Shown here: in pieces, positions 37,687 to 47,206 of the stretch
How the letters are laid out: each line of letters begins with the position of its first letter
Position numbering within the stretch: position 1 is the stretch's first letter
From: an uncultured Gammaproteobacteria bacterium
GTDB lineage: Bacteria; Patescibacteriota; Patescibacteriia; Magasanikbacterales; GWA2-37-8
Length of the DNA stretch: 64,000 nt
Direction: 5' to 3'
Assembly (NCBI GenBank): GCA_964634875.1
Contig: CAZWKA010000003.1
Span: 16,591-80,590 of the forward strand
Program-made: the position numbers and the translations under genes
Notes under the pieces: generated by a model
Databases searched by the model: none
Told to the model about the DNA's origin: nothing
The model's input: the letters and a program-made list of their open reading frames with translations, nothing else

Positions 37687-39153
37687 ATGGAAACTTTTTT
37701 GACACTACCTTTTGGCATATCGTTCAGCCTCTCGTTTTGGCAGAACCTTTTTTTGTTACCTCCATACCAGCTCATTATCATGATTTTTGCGATCGGTGGC
37801 TGGGCAGTCTTGGCGCTTATTTTTTTCTTTATGGGCTCTGAGCTCTGGAAGGACTACCGCCAGGGTAAGTACACTAAAAATTGGCAGTGGGTTGTTTTAG
37901 CAGTAGATGTTCCGGCGCTTTTTATCCAAACGCCAAAAGCAGTTGAGCAGATTTTCGTACATCTGAGTGGGGCTAAAACAACCCCAAATGTGGGCGAAAA
38001 GTATTGGCAAGGTAAAAAGCAGAAGAGTTTTAGCTTTGAAATTGTCAGTATTGAAGGGTATATCCAGTTTTTAGTCCGTTCTGAAGTTGAATACCGTGAT
38101 TTAGTAGAGGCGGCTATTTATGCCCAGTATACTGAAGCCGAGATTACGGAGGTTGAAGATTACGTTGATAATATTCCTACGCACTATCCCCACCCAAATT
38201 ATGATATGTTTGGCATCGAATTTGCGCTCGATAAACCAAGTCCATTTCCCATTCGTACATACCCTAGTTTTGAGTATAACCTGAGTAAAGATGCGGTATT
38301 TAGTGACCCCATGGCGGCAATTCTGGAAAATTTTAGCCGTATTGGGCGAGGAGAAAATTTTTGGATGCAAATTATTTTAGAACCAATTAGTAGTAAGTGG
38401 AAAGAAGAGGGGATCGAACTTGTTAAATCAATTATAGCGAACAAGGGGTATTCGGGTGGACACGGAGGCCATGGTGGCGGTGGTAGCATGTTAACGGGTG
38501 CTTTGTCGGCAGTCATGGGGGTTTTGCACGTCATCATTAAAGAAATTGGCAGTGCACTTCTTGGTGGGGGCGAAGAGGAACATGGTGGAGGGCATGAGGA
38601 CGCACACGAAGAAGGCAAACTTAGTGACCTGTCACCTGGTAATAAGACGGTCATTGAGGCGGTTGAACAGAAAATTTCTAAAATTGGTTTTAAAACTAAG
38701 TTGCGTATTCTGTATGCGGCGCGTAAAGAAGTGTTTAACCCAAGCAAATGTCTTGACGGTTTTGTGGGGGCGATGAGTCAATTTAACATCCAAGACAGCA
38801 ATTCCCTGGTGCCGCACCATGATACTTCCGCGCAGTATTTATTTGCTAAATCCCGAACCGACCATCACAAACACCATTTTACTAGCGCTTTTAAGAAACG
38901 TAAGTTGAAGGCGCTTGGGGATCCTTATATCCTCAATATTGAAGAGCTAGCGACAATTTGGCATTTCCCGCTGCCGTTTGTTAAAACGCCACTTATTCAG
39001 AAAGCTGGTGCCAAGCGTGCCGAACCTCCGATGGGTCTACCCGTCGAAGCCAGCGAAAGCCCGCTCAAGCGCCGTACGCCGGTCCCTCAGGCAGCGCCGC
39101 CGCAATCAACCGTGCCGGTACAGGAAGCACCCGAAGATTTGCCCTATGGTTAA
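37687..39153 (+). CDS. Membrane-anchored protein resembling the N-terminal domain of the VirD4-like ATPase at 48943-51498
   Basis: SFEIVS...IQF...LVEAAIYAQYTEAEITEVEDY, FPIRTY, EELATIWHFP mirror AFEIVV...LVEQQIHAQYPHAEITEESDY, FPFKTY, EEMASFWHLP. Confidence 0.7.
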   Translation: METFLTLPFGISFSLSFWQNLFLLPPYQLIIMIFAIGGWAVLALIFFFMGSELWKDYRQGKYTKNWQWVVLAVDVPALFIQTPKAVEQIFVHLSGAKTTPNVGEKYWQGKKQKSFSFEIVSIEGYIQFLVRSEVEYRDLVEAAIYAQYTEAEITEVEDYVDNIPTHYPHPNYDMFGIEFALDKPSPFPIRTYPSFEYNLSKDAVFSDPMAAILENFSRIGRGENFWMQIILEPISSKWKEEGIELVKSIIANKGYSGGHGGHGGGGSMLTGALSAVMGVLHVIIKEIGSALLGGGEEEHGGGHEDAHEEGKLSDLSPGNKTVIEAVEQKISKIGFKTKLRILYAARKEVFNPSKCLDGFVGAMSQFNIQDSNSLVPHHDTSAQYLFAKSRTDHHKHHFTSAFKKRKLKALGDPYILNIEELATIWHFPLPFVKTPLIQKAGAKRAEPPMGLPVEASESPLKRRTPVPQAAPPQSTVPVQEAPEDLPYG

Positions 39154-39186
39154 AAATAAAAACTGCCTCCATAAGTGGGGCAGTTT

Positions 39187-40038
39187 TTATTTTTCTTGGT
39201 AACGGTTTTCGGCGGCTAGGAGCGTATTGTAGAGTAGTAAGGCGATAGTGATGGGGCCGACACCTCCGGGGGTTGGGGTAACCGCTTGTGCCTTTTTAAT
39301 CACTTCTTCAATATTGACATCGCCAAACACCTTATTGTCTTCAATGGCGACCCCAGCATCGATTATAATACTGCCGGGTTTGACCATATTGCCGCGGATT
39401 AAATTCTTTTTGCCAACACCACTAATGAGTATGTCGGCACTTAGGCATTTTGCTTTGAGATTTTTGGTCTGGCTGTTACAGGTGGTGATGCTTGCTTTTA
39501 GGTTGGGCAAGATGATGCTCAGCGGTTTCCCGACTAAAAGTCCCATGCCAACAAGGCAAATATCTTTACCGGCCACGCTAATGCCAAGGCTGGCAATAAT
39601 TTCGAGAATCGCCCCGGCGGTCGGTGGAATAAACATATTTTTTCCAAGAACCATGCGGCCAATACTTGATTCGTTAAGACAATCAATGTCAAATTCAGGT
39701 TGAACCGCATTAATGAGTGTGGTTGTTTCAAGGTGTTTTGGAACAGGCAGTTGGATGATAAGCCCAGAGATTTTTTTACTACGCTGGATGCTTTTGATTT
39801 TCTTGAGAATAGTTTCTTCGGTGGTAGTGGTATCGAAGCGAAAGAGGGTAAAATCAATCCCTAGTGTTTTGGCAATCTCACCTTTTTTGCGCACGTAGGT
39901 CTCTGATGCCGGATTGTTGCCAATTAAAATAACTCCTAAGTGAGGAGTATGGCCGTTTTGATGCAGCACGCGCACGCGGCGGGCGGTTCGCCGGTTAATA
40001 GCGGTGGCAATTTTTTTTCCGTCTATGAGTGTTCCCAT
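39187..40038 (-). CDS. folD: Bifunctional methylene-THF dehydrogenase/cyclohydrolase
   Basis: IDGKKIA, SETYVRKK, LIIQLP, TPTPGGVGPITI. Confidence 0.92.
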   Translation of the reverse strand: MGTLIDGKKIATAINRRTARRVRVLHQNGHTPHLGVILIGNNPASETYVRKKGEIAKTLGIDFTLFRFDTTTTEETILKKIKSIQRSKKISGLIIQLPVPKHLETTTLINAVQPEFDIDCLNESSIGRMVLGKNMFIPPTAGAILEIIASLGISVAGKDICLVGMGLLVGKPLSIILPNLKASITTCNSQTKNLKAKCLSADILISGVGKKNLIRGNMVKPGSIIIDAGVAIEDNKVFGDVNIEEVIKKAQAVTPTPGGVGPITIALLLYNTLLAAENRYQEK

Positions 40039-40125
40039 GGGAGTATTTTTGCCTAGTATAAGGCTGTTTTTAGTATTTGTCAATTTTGCCTTGAACTGAG
40101 CCATCGCACCTAGTATACTGGTGTC

Positions 40126-41706
40126 ATGTGCTATTTTTCCGAACGTCAGCTTCGTTATTTCGGTGGTTTCCTTGTGGCAGTCTGGGCAATTTTTTTATTA
40201 GCCCGACCGATTAACTTAATGGTTGCCGATTTAGGACGGCATCTCCAGAATGGTCGCGTCATCGTTAATAGTGTTTTAGATGGTGATGCGTCAGCGCGGA
40301 ATGCGGTTTTACATACAAATTTTTATTCCCACACCCTATCACTTTTCCCGTTCATTAACCATCACTGGGGAAGTGGGGTAGTATTCTATGCCGTTTTCAT
40401 GGCAGGTGGTTTTACGGCACTCTCACTGTTTTTTATTCTCTTGAGTCTGGTAACCCTCTGTTTATTTTTTACCGCCGGGCTTAGGGGGAGTAATTTTTTT
40501 GTTGTTATCATTAGTTCGGTTTGGCTTGTTCCGCTTTTAGCCGACCGCACTGAAATAAGGCCTGAAATATTCAGTTATTTTTTCTTAGCTCTATTTTTTA
40601 CGCTCTTGTGGCGGCACACACGCGGGCAATTGCGGCGACATTGGTTGTTGTATCTGCTGCCCATTCTCCAGCTGGTGTGGGCTAATGTACACGTTTATTT
40701 CTTTTTAGGTTTGGTCTCTATCGGATCATTTTTTATCGAGGCATGGTTTGAGCGTCCTCGGGACTTGGTAAAAGTTAAGTTTTTGGGTAAGGTTGGTTTT
40801 CTTAGTATTGTTGCTGCCTGCATAACACCTTTTGGCCTTCGCGGGCTTTTGTATCCTTTGGCTATTTTTAAAAATTACGGGTATACCGTCCTTGAAAACC
40901 AGTCTTTATTTACGTTGGTTAAAAACGGGTTAACCTATCCTAACATCATTATTTTTTGTCTTACGGCAGTAGTCCTTATTGTGGGGTACGCAAGTATTAT
41001 TTTTCGTCAGCCGCGTTACTTTTTTAGAGCTGAGGTTTTACTGGTGTGCGTTGTCCTGGTTGCCGGATTCTTTGCTGTCCGTAACCTTGCCTTGTTGGGA
41101 TTTTTTGGGGTAGCTCTGCTACCGCTTCTGGCTGCGGAAGTTAAAAAGACTTTTTTTCCACAACGTAACTTTAGTAAAAAATGGCTAGTTATTGCTGGTA
41201 CAGCTGTCTTTTTTCTGACCATCGGATGTAATTGGGGGCGGCTTTCTATTCATGCCAAGAATTTTGGTGTCGGGCTTGCCCCAGGCGTTGCTCGGGCAGC
41301 TGAATTTATGCAAACACAAGGAATGGACGGGTCTTTATTTAATAATTTTGATAGTGGGGGATATCTTATTTGGTCCCTGCATCCCACTATTAAGGTATTT
41401 GTCGATAATCGACCAGAAGCGTATCCCGCACCCTTTTTTACTGAGCGATATATTCCTATGCAGTCTGATGATGAGACGTGGAAGAAAGAACTCTCGGTTG
41501 AAGATTTTGATACGATCTTTTTTTCGCTCAGCGAAAGCACTCCGTGGGGTCAGCGGTTTTTGGTGAATCGGGTGCAGGATCCTGCCTGGGCACCAGTTTA
41601 TTTAGATGCGTACGCACTTATTTTTTTACGCCGCACACCTGAGAACGCGGCAGTGATCAACGAGCATGAAGTTTCGCCCGATCGTTTTGGAATAACTGGT
41701 GATTAA
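40126..41706 (+). CDS. Polytopic membrane protein, GT-C-like
   Basis: DLGRHLQNG, RPEIFS, WANVH, FNNFDSGGYLIW, VFVDNRPEAY; many TMs. Confidence 0.6.
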   Translation: MCYFSERQLRYFGGFLVAVWAIFLLARPINLMVADLGRHLQNGRVIVNSVLDGDASARNAVLHTNFYSHTLSLFPFINHHWGSGVVFYAVFMAGGFTALSLFFILLSLVTLCLFFTAGLRGSNFFVVIISSVWLVPLLADRTEIRPEIFSYFFLALFFTLLWRHTRGQLRRHWLLYLLPILQLVWANVHVYFFLGLVSIGSFFIEAWFERPRDLVKVKFLGKVGFLSIVAACITPFGLRGLLYPLAIFKNYGYTVLENQSLFTLVKNGLTYPNIIIFCLTAVVLIVGYASIIFRQPRYFFRAEVLLVCVVLVAGFFAVRNLALLGFFGVALLPLLAAEVKKTFFPQRNFSKKWLVIAGTAVFFLTIGCNWGRLSIHAKNFGVGLAPGVARAAEFMQTQGMDGSLFNNFDSGGYLIWSLHPTIKVFVDNRPEAYPAPFFTERYIPMQSDDETWKKELSVEDFDTIFFSLSESTPWGQRFLVNRVQDPAWAPVYLDAYALIFLRRTPENAAVINEHEVSPDRFGITGD

Positions 41707-41818
41707 TTTTTTGTTTTTACTGCTACGGGAAATTTTTGAAATAAAATAACGATAGCGTCAGCCGAATTTGCGGCACTAGGTTTTTTCGGGACTGCCAGGC
41801 CGTGTAGGATTGTAAAAA

Positions 41819-43075
41819 TTATTTTACAATCGGTACTTCTTTAATTGCCGTAGTAAAGCGTTGTGATTTGTGTTCGCTCAGCATACTCCATTTCTTTTTA
41901 ATGCCACTCCCAGCCATAAAAAGGGTGTCTTTTCCAAAATGACGGTTAACCTGGTCAACCGCTTTCATAAGTTCTTTATTTTTTTCAAACGCAACCGTTG
42001 TAAAGAGGTTTTGTTGAATCGTGTTTTCTGGTAGTAGCCCCACGCAGCAGACGCCGGCTTTGGCGTAGCGGTAGCCCTCACGGTAAATGGCGTCTACCAG
42101 CTCCATGGCCTTGCTAACTAAGAGTGGGGTGTATGAACTGGCTACGGGCAGGTGAATGCCTTTGCTGCCGATGTATTTTTTATCAAGGTTAAAATGGTTG
42201 GTGCGGATGTAAATATAAAAATATGAGGTTACTAATTTCTCCTCGCGCAGTTTTGCTGCGGCGCGTTCGGTGTATGTTGCCACCGCTTCTTTGAGCTCGT
42301 CTTTGGTAGTGATCGGTGTGCCAAACGAGCGCGTGCACATAATGCCTTTTTTTGGTTCCGGATTATCATCCAGCTTGAAGCAGGGGATGCCGCGCAGCTC
42401 GTAGACAATATGAAGGCCAGAGATGCTCAGATTTTTACGGATCCAAGCGTCTGGGCGGGCAAGGAGTTGTCCGGCGGTCATGACACCAAGCACCTTTAAT
42501 TTTTTGGTTGATTTTCGGCCGATGCCCCAGAGCTCTTCAACAGGTAGGTCGTGCAGGATGAAGTCTACGTCCTCGTTGGCAATGTCGCAGACACCGTTAA
42601 AGTAGGGGTATTTTTTGGCTAGGTGGTTTGCTACTTTGGCAAGAACCTTAGTTTTGGCAATACCGATTGAAACCGGGATGCGTGTCCACTGACGCACGGT
42701 CTGACGAATTTTTTGCCCTAAGGCTTCATTGCCCTGATCACCGGTAAATTTTAAGAAAGCTTCATCGATGGAATATACCTCTATTTCATCAGTGAATTGT
42801 TCAAGGGTCGTCATAACCCGCTGTGAGATGTCACCGTAGAGTGAAAAATTTGATGAAAAGACTTTGACATTATTTTTCTGAATAATATCTTTATATTTAA
42901 AGCATGGCGCCCCCATAGGAATACCTAAGTCTTTTACTTCTTTGGAACGCGAAATAAAGCAGCCGTCGTTATTCGACAAAACAGCTACCGGCACTTTTTC
43001 GAGAGCTGGTTGAAACGCTCGTTCACACGAGACAAAAAAATTATTGCAATCGACGAGAGCAAAGACTTCGGACAC
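41819..43075 (-). CDS. umuC: Y-family DNA polymerase V subunit
   Basis: ALVDCNNFFVSCER, VLSNNDGC, YSIDEAF, C-terminal SQRFTT. Confidence 0.93.
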   Translation of the reverse strand: MSEVFALVDCNNFFVSCERAFQPALEKVPVAVLSNNDGCFISRSKEVKDLGIPMGAPCFKYKDIIQKNNVKVFSSNFSLYGDISQRVMTTLEQFTDEIEVYSIDEAFLKFTGDQGNEALGQKIRQTVRQWTRIPVSIGIAKTKVLAKVANHLAKKYPYFNGVCDIANEDVDFILHDLPVEELWGIGRKSTKKLKVLGVMTAGQLLARPDAWIRKNLSISGLHIVYELRGIPCFKLDDNPEPKKGIMCTRSFGTPITTKDELKEAVATYTERAAAKLREEKLVTSYFYIYIRTNHFNLDKKYIGSKGIHLPVASSYTPLLVSKAMELVDAIYREGYRYAKAGVCCVGLLPENTIQQNLFTTVAFEKNKELMKAVDQVNRHFGKDTLFMAGSGIKKKWSMLSEHKSQRFTTAIKEVPIVK

Positions 43076-43080
43076 AGAGG

Positions 43081-43518
43081 TTATTTTACTTGACGAACCA
43101 CACCGGTCACGACACCGAGAATGGTAAAATTGTCGTCGGGGTTAATAAGGAGTGGGGCATAGTCCGGGTTTTCGGCTTTGAGCCAGGTTTTGCCTTTATC
43201 CTGCCAAAAGCGTTTCACGAGGAATTCACCTTCTACTGCCGCGACTACAATTTTATTGTGCATGGGTCGAAGCGATGCGTCAACCACGAGCAAGTCGCCG
43301 TCACAAATAGCGGCGCCTTCCATAGAAGAGCCGCTGACGCGAACCAGGTAGGTAGCCGGACGATTGTGGATTAAAAGATCGTTCAGATCAATTGTGTCTT
43401 CCACGTAGTCGTCAGCAGGGGATGGAAAACCTGCGGAAAGCGGGCTCGAGTATAAAGGGAGTGTGGTCGTTTTGCTGGGGCGCGGTAGAAATAGTTTTGT
43501 AGTTTTAGAAAGTTCCAT
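43081..43518 (-). CDS. umuD: UmuD / S24 peptidase
   Basis: SAGFPSPADDY, VSGSSM, FLVKR. Confidence 0.93.
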   Translation of the reverse strand: MELSKTTKLFLPRPSKTTTLPLYSSPLSAGFPSPADDYVEDTIDLNDLLIHNRPATYLVRVSGSSMEGAAICDGDLLVVDASLRPMHNKIVVAAVEGEFLVKRFWQDKGKTWLKAENPDYAPLLINPDDNFTILGVVTGVVRQVK

Positions 43519-43520
43519 AG

Positions 43521-44543
43521 CTATACCTGTGAATCAATGGTGGTCAATAGTTTAATGAATTCTTTAGTGTATTTTTGTGGATCAAGCGAAATACGGAAGT
43601 GTGTTTCGGAAATCGGTCGTACTAGGTTGAACGGGGCTTTATCTATGGCGCGTTTAAAATGTTCACGGATATGGGTGTCTGGCTTAATAAGCACAAATGT
43701 CGCATCCGATGAGTAGGCGGTAAAATGCTTGAGCTTGGCAACGCTAGTTATAAAGGTGTTTCGGTCGTTGATGATACGCTCACGCAGTTTTTTATAATAC
43801 CCGGTTGCGCCAAGGGCGGCAATGGCGGTTTCTTCTAATATTCGGCTAAATCCCAAATAATATGGCTGGTAGCCTAATAGTTTTTGCGCTTCGCTGCCAC
43901 AGAGTCCATAGGCGATACGCAGGCCTGCTAACGCGTAGAGCTTGGAAAATGTTCGGGTAATGATTGGGTTTTCGTAATTCGTAACTAGTTTTGTGGCAAG
44001 GGCATCTTCGTTTTTTCCGGCTAGTCCCGCGTAAGCGCCATCAATAATTACTAATGTTTTTTTAGAAATAGCTGTAAGTAATTTTTCTAAATCACGAACG
44101 GCTACAGAGTTGCCGGTGGGGTTGTTGGGCGAAGTAATGAGAATAACTTTTGGTTTTGTTTTTTTATATTGGCGAATACAGTCATCGATATCAAAAATAA
44201 ATTTTTTACCGGTATCGATCATTTTAAAAGTGTTGATAGTAAAGCCTCGGGCAGCCGCGTATTTGTCGTAATAGACATAGTGGTACTCGTGCGTCAGTAC
44301 GGAATCTTTCTTGGGGTCAAGGCTGTTAAAGACAGCGCGCAAAAAATCTTCACTTCCGTAGCTAAGCGCAATCTGGTTTTCGGGAAGTTTAAATTTCTGG
44401 GCGAGTTTTGGAACAAGGAGCGAGGTGTAGTATCCGGCTAAGTACTGCGAAGCGTGGCTTGGTTTAAAATTCTTGAGCACTTTTAAACAGGCCGGAGCAG
44501 GTCCCACGGTCATTTCGTTCCGGTTGAGGAGGATTTGGCGCAT
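43521..44543 (-). CDS. PLP-dependent aminotransferase class I/II (HisC/CobD-like)
   Basis: SPNNPTG, IIDGAY, RTFSKLYALAGLRIAY. Confidence 0.88.
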   Translation of the reverse strand: MRQILLNRNEMTVGPAPACLKVLKNFKPSHASQYLAGYYTSLLVPKLAQKFKLPENQIALSYGSEDFLRAVFNSLDPKKDSVLTHEYHYVYYDKYAAARGFTINTFKMIDTGKKFIFDIDDCIRQYKKTKPKVILITSPNNPTGNSVAVRDLEKLLTAISKKTLVIIDGAYAGLAGKNEDALATKLVTNYENPIITRTFSKLYALAGLRIAYGLCGSEAQKLLGYQPYYLGFSRILEETAIAALGATGYYKKLRERIINDRNTFITSVAKLKHFTAYSSDATFVLIKPDTHIREHFKRAIDKAPFNLVRPISETHFRISLDPQKYTKEFIKLLTTIDSQV

Positions 44544-44547
44544 ATCT

Positions 44548-45126
44548 TTAGATGAATTTGTCAGCCAATTCAGTATTTCGGTAGTTTATAAAATACTGTA
44601 AAATTGTCTCAAGATCAGTGCTGTCATAGACAACAGACGAAAAATCTATTTTACTAAATTTTTTTTCGCAGAGTTCTTGGAAGAATACCGTTAGTGTTCC
44701 GTAGAAGTTTTTGTAATTATACACTGCAATTGGTTTGTCCAATAATTTGTTTATTTTCCCACCAGCAACAGTTATCAGTTCCTCAATGGTTCCATATCCT
44801 CCGGGCAGAATAAGCATCGCATCGCATGTGCTAATAATCCGATCTTTTCTCTCTCCGATGGTATCTACCATAATCGTTTGGTCTAGATGGGGGTAGGCTT
44901 CGTACCCTTTGGTTACTGCTATTAAATCTTTTGACATTATTCCGATGAGTTCGGTACCGCCAGCTTTTTTGTAGGTCTCAGCTAATTCGAGCATCATCCC
45001 GTAAGCTGTTCCGCCGTAGACGATAGAATGGCCTTTTTCGGCCAGTGTTTTGGCGATGAGGCGAGTAAGTTCGATATACTCGTCACCAACATGCAGGGAA
45101 GAAGTTAGTGAGATACCTATTTTCAT
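44548..45126 (-). CDS. LOG/SLOG family nucleotide phosphoribohydrolase
   Basis: IVYGG..GMM, ERK, LPGGYGTIEEL. Confidence 0.88.
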   Translation of the reverse strand: MKIGISLTSSLHVGDEYIELTRLIAKTLAEKGHSIVYGGTAYGMMLELAETYKKAGGTELIGIMSKDLIAVTKGYEAYPHLDQTIMVDTIGERKDRIISTCDAMLILPGGYGTIEELITVAGGKINKLLDKPIAVYNYKNFYGTLTVFFQELCEKKFSKIDFSSVVYDSTDLETILQYFINYRNTELADKFI

Positions 45127-45132
45127 ATAAGT

Positions 45133-45549
45133 TTAGTTAGTAAGATTGATGAGGCTTAGATCGCCGTTGATTACCAGTGGGTTCATGCCCAGTAATTCAT
45201 CGTGTAAAATACCGTCGGGTAGAGGATTATAAAAAAAGATTTTTTTATTCAGTTCAAAAGCTTTGAATACCTCAAGGAAGGTTGCTCCGCCAATATAATT
45301 AGGCTGGCCATTTTTTTCAAAATTGAGCACCAAAATGCCGTCTTGGGGGCGTATTTTAACTTCGTGCTCACGGATAGTGGCGGCTTTCCAGGTGAGGTAT
45401 TCGGCGCTGCCAGGAGTAAACGAAGCTTCTTTACCGGGTTCGTTGTAGCTAATCGGAAGGGTAATTTCGTGCCCACTGTCTTCCAAAATTTTTTTGATTG
45501 GTGAAATTTTATCGTAAAATGATTTGCTGCAGCAGATAAAAATTTTCAT
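45133..45549 (-). CDS. Nucleoside 2-deoxyribosyltransferase-like protein
   Basis: MKIFICCS...DGILVLN...YIGGATFLEV..AF...KKIF Rossmann-like NDT pattern. Confidence 0.6.
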   Translation of the reverse strand: MKIFICCSKSFYDKISPIKKILEDSGHEITLPISYNEPGKEASFTPGSAEYLTWKAATIREHEVKIRPQDGILVLNFEKNGQPNYIGGATFLEVFKAFELNKKIFFYNPLPDGILHDELLGMNPLVINGDLSLINLTN

Positions 45550-45818
45550 ACTACTGTTTATTTTTTTGACTTAGTTTGCTGTATGATTCGAGTGTGGGGC
45601 AGTGTCAAGTTTAAGAAGCGCTGTTCCTCGCGCACTCCCTCCGGGGTTAACAAAATTTAACAATAGAAAAACAGGAGTCAGGACTTTTGTTGCGGTCTAC
45701 GAAAAAATCGCTGAACTTGTCGTTTCCCATACGTTACCATACAACCCCTATCATTTCTAGGTCAAAATAATTGCTTTTTTTACTATACTAAGGTAGGTTT
45801 AGCCCAAGGAGCGTGGAT

Positions 45819-46226
45819 ATGAAGAACATCATTTTTGCTTCCTTGGCAGTTTCCTGTGGCATTGGATGTGCGCATCAGCCGCGCGTGGCTCCGCTACTGC
45901 CGGTCAAATCACGCCCAGGCCTTAACCGCGAGAAGATCCTGGTCGAAGTTGCTCCCTCAAACTTGTTTGGGCAGCATTATGCAGGCCTTCGGGCTGTGGT
46001 CATATCATTTCAGCCCCAAGAACGTGTCTGGACGTATTCTGGGGGCAACTATGGCCGTACCCCGGTATGCCCCGGTGAGCGTTCGGTGCCATTTTTTTTC
46101 CAGCCGCGTCCAGAGTACGTGTCTCCGGACCTGCGCAACCTCAAAACAGGGCGACGAGCCAAAATGTACTTTTTTCCAAGTACAACCAGGCAAGTTGAGG
46201 TGATCTTTATTTGTCCGGATATGTAG
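45819..46226 (+). CDS. SD-led orphan G, putative lipoprotein
   Basis: AAGGAG-7nt-ATG at 45819; CGIGC lipobox-like; GC above background. Confidence 0.6.
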   Translation: MKNIIFASLAVSCGIGCAHQPRVAPLLPVKSRPGLNREKILVEVAPSNLFGQHYAGLRAVVISFQPQERVWTYSGGNYGRTPVCPGERSVPFFFQPRPEYVSPDLRNLKTGRRAKMYFFPSTTRQVEVIFICPDM

Positions 46227-46274
46227 CTAACCCTGCCTCCATGGTGTGCGTGGGGTTAGAAAAAGATGTATATT

Positions 46275-46339
46275 AAAAAATCCCTCCTACCGATATTCGT
46301 TCGCTACCTGCGGGGACGAGTGTTGGCGAGGGATTTTTT
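46275..46339. terminator. Long imperfect hairpin or terminator between orphan G and tRNA-Gln
   Basis: AAAAAATCCCTC...GAGGGATTTTTT with internal pairing CGATATTCGT/ACGAGTGTTG. Confidence 0.7.
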
Positions 46340-46376
46340 ATTTTTTAACGGCTGCTATGTGGGATGTATAGCTGTG

Positions 46377-46447
46377 TTCGGGGACCAGGATTCGAACCTA
46401 GATACACAGCTTCAGAGGCTGTAGTCCTACCATTAGACGATCCCCGA
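46377..46447 (-). tRNA. tRNA-Gln(CTG)
   Basis: Acceptor TCGGGGA/TCCCCGA, anticodon arm ACAGC-CTCTGAA-GCTGT, T-loop TTCGAAT. Confidence 0.93.
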
Positions 46448-46459
46448 ATTTTTGTTGTA

Positions 46460-47200
46460 CTACTCTTCTTTTGAGCTGGTGAAGAGCACTGTTGGTTCAC
46501 CGCTCGTTTTTTGGGTAGCATGACTATAGTCATGCAGTGTGTCCAAGATTGTAGCATATGGATAGCGCGAGTCAAGCCCGCCCTCCCACCCGTTATCATT
46601 AACGATAAACTCCCGTTTTTGTTCGTCAAAACCAACTAAAACCATCATGTGGTACGATGAGCCGGTTGGTAGAAAGTTGAGGCGTGGGTTATTGAGTCCA
46701 AAGCCGTAGTGGAGGGAAATCACGGGACGGCCAGCGGCGATTTCGGTTTTAATTTCTTTTAAGGTGGGGTTGCGTTTGATAGTTGCTGTAAACGAAGTTG
46801 CTTCGTTGATAAGGCGGGCAGTTTCGGCTGCATCCGTATTGGCGTTATAGCCAAATTTTTTGTTTTCCCACGCCACGAGTTCTAAGATGCGCTTTTCTTC
46901 TTCGGCGCGATTAGCTGGTTTTGTGCCGCGGTAAAATTGTTCAACCATGGCAACGCTAGCCTCTTCACAGGCGTTATTCCAGGGTTTTGTCCAATTATTA
47001 TTAACTACTTCAGGTATGAAAGGTACGTCTAAATTAACCACCGTCTGTTCCTTTTCCTCGCTGGGCTTGGGAGGTGTGGGAGTGGAAGAGGTGGTTTTGT
47101 CAGGGGTGGACGTTTCGATCGTGGTGGTGTGTGGAAGTGTTGGTTTGCCACAGCCGGAAAGCAGGGAAACAGCAGTAAGAAGGAGGAACAGTCTTTTCAT
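46460..47200 (-). CDS. C39-like peptidase lipoprotein
   Basis: LSGC lipobox; LDVPF, NACEEAS, YHMMVLVGFD, FIVND. Confidence 0.82.
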   Translation of the reverse strand: MKRLFLLLTAVSLLSGCGKPTLPHTTTIETSTPDKTTSSTPTPPKPSEEKEQTVVNLDVPFIPEVVNNNWTKPWNNACEEASVAMVEQFYRGTKPANRAEEEKRILELVAWENKKFGYNANTDAAETARLINEATSFTATIKRNPTLKEIKTEIAAGRPVISLHYGFGLNNPRLNFLPTGSSYHMMVLVGFDEQKREFIVNDNGWEGGLDSRYPYATILDTLHDYSHATQKTSGEPTVLFTSSKEE

Positions 47201-47206
47201 ATGCGG

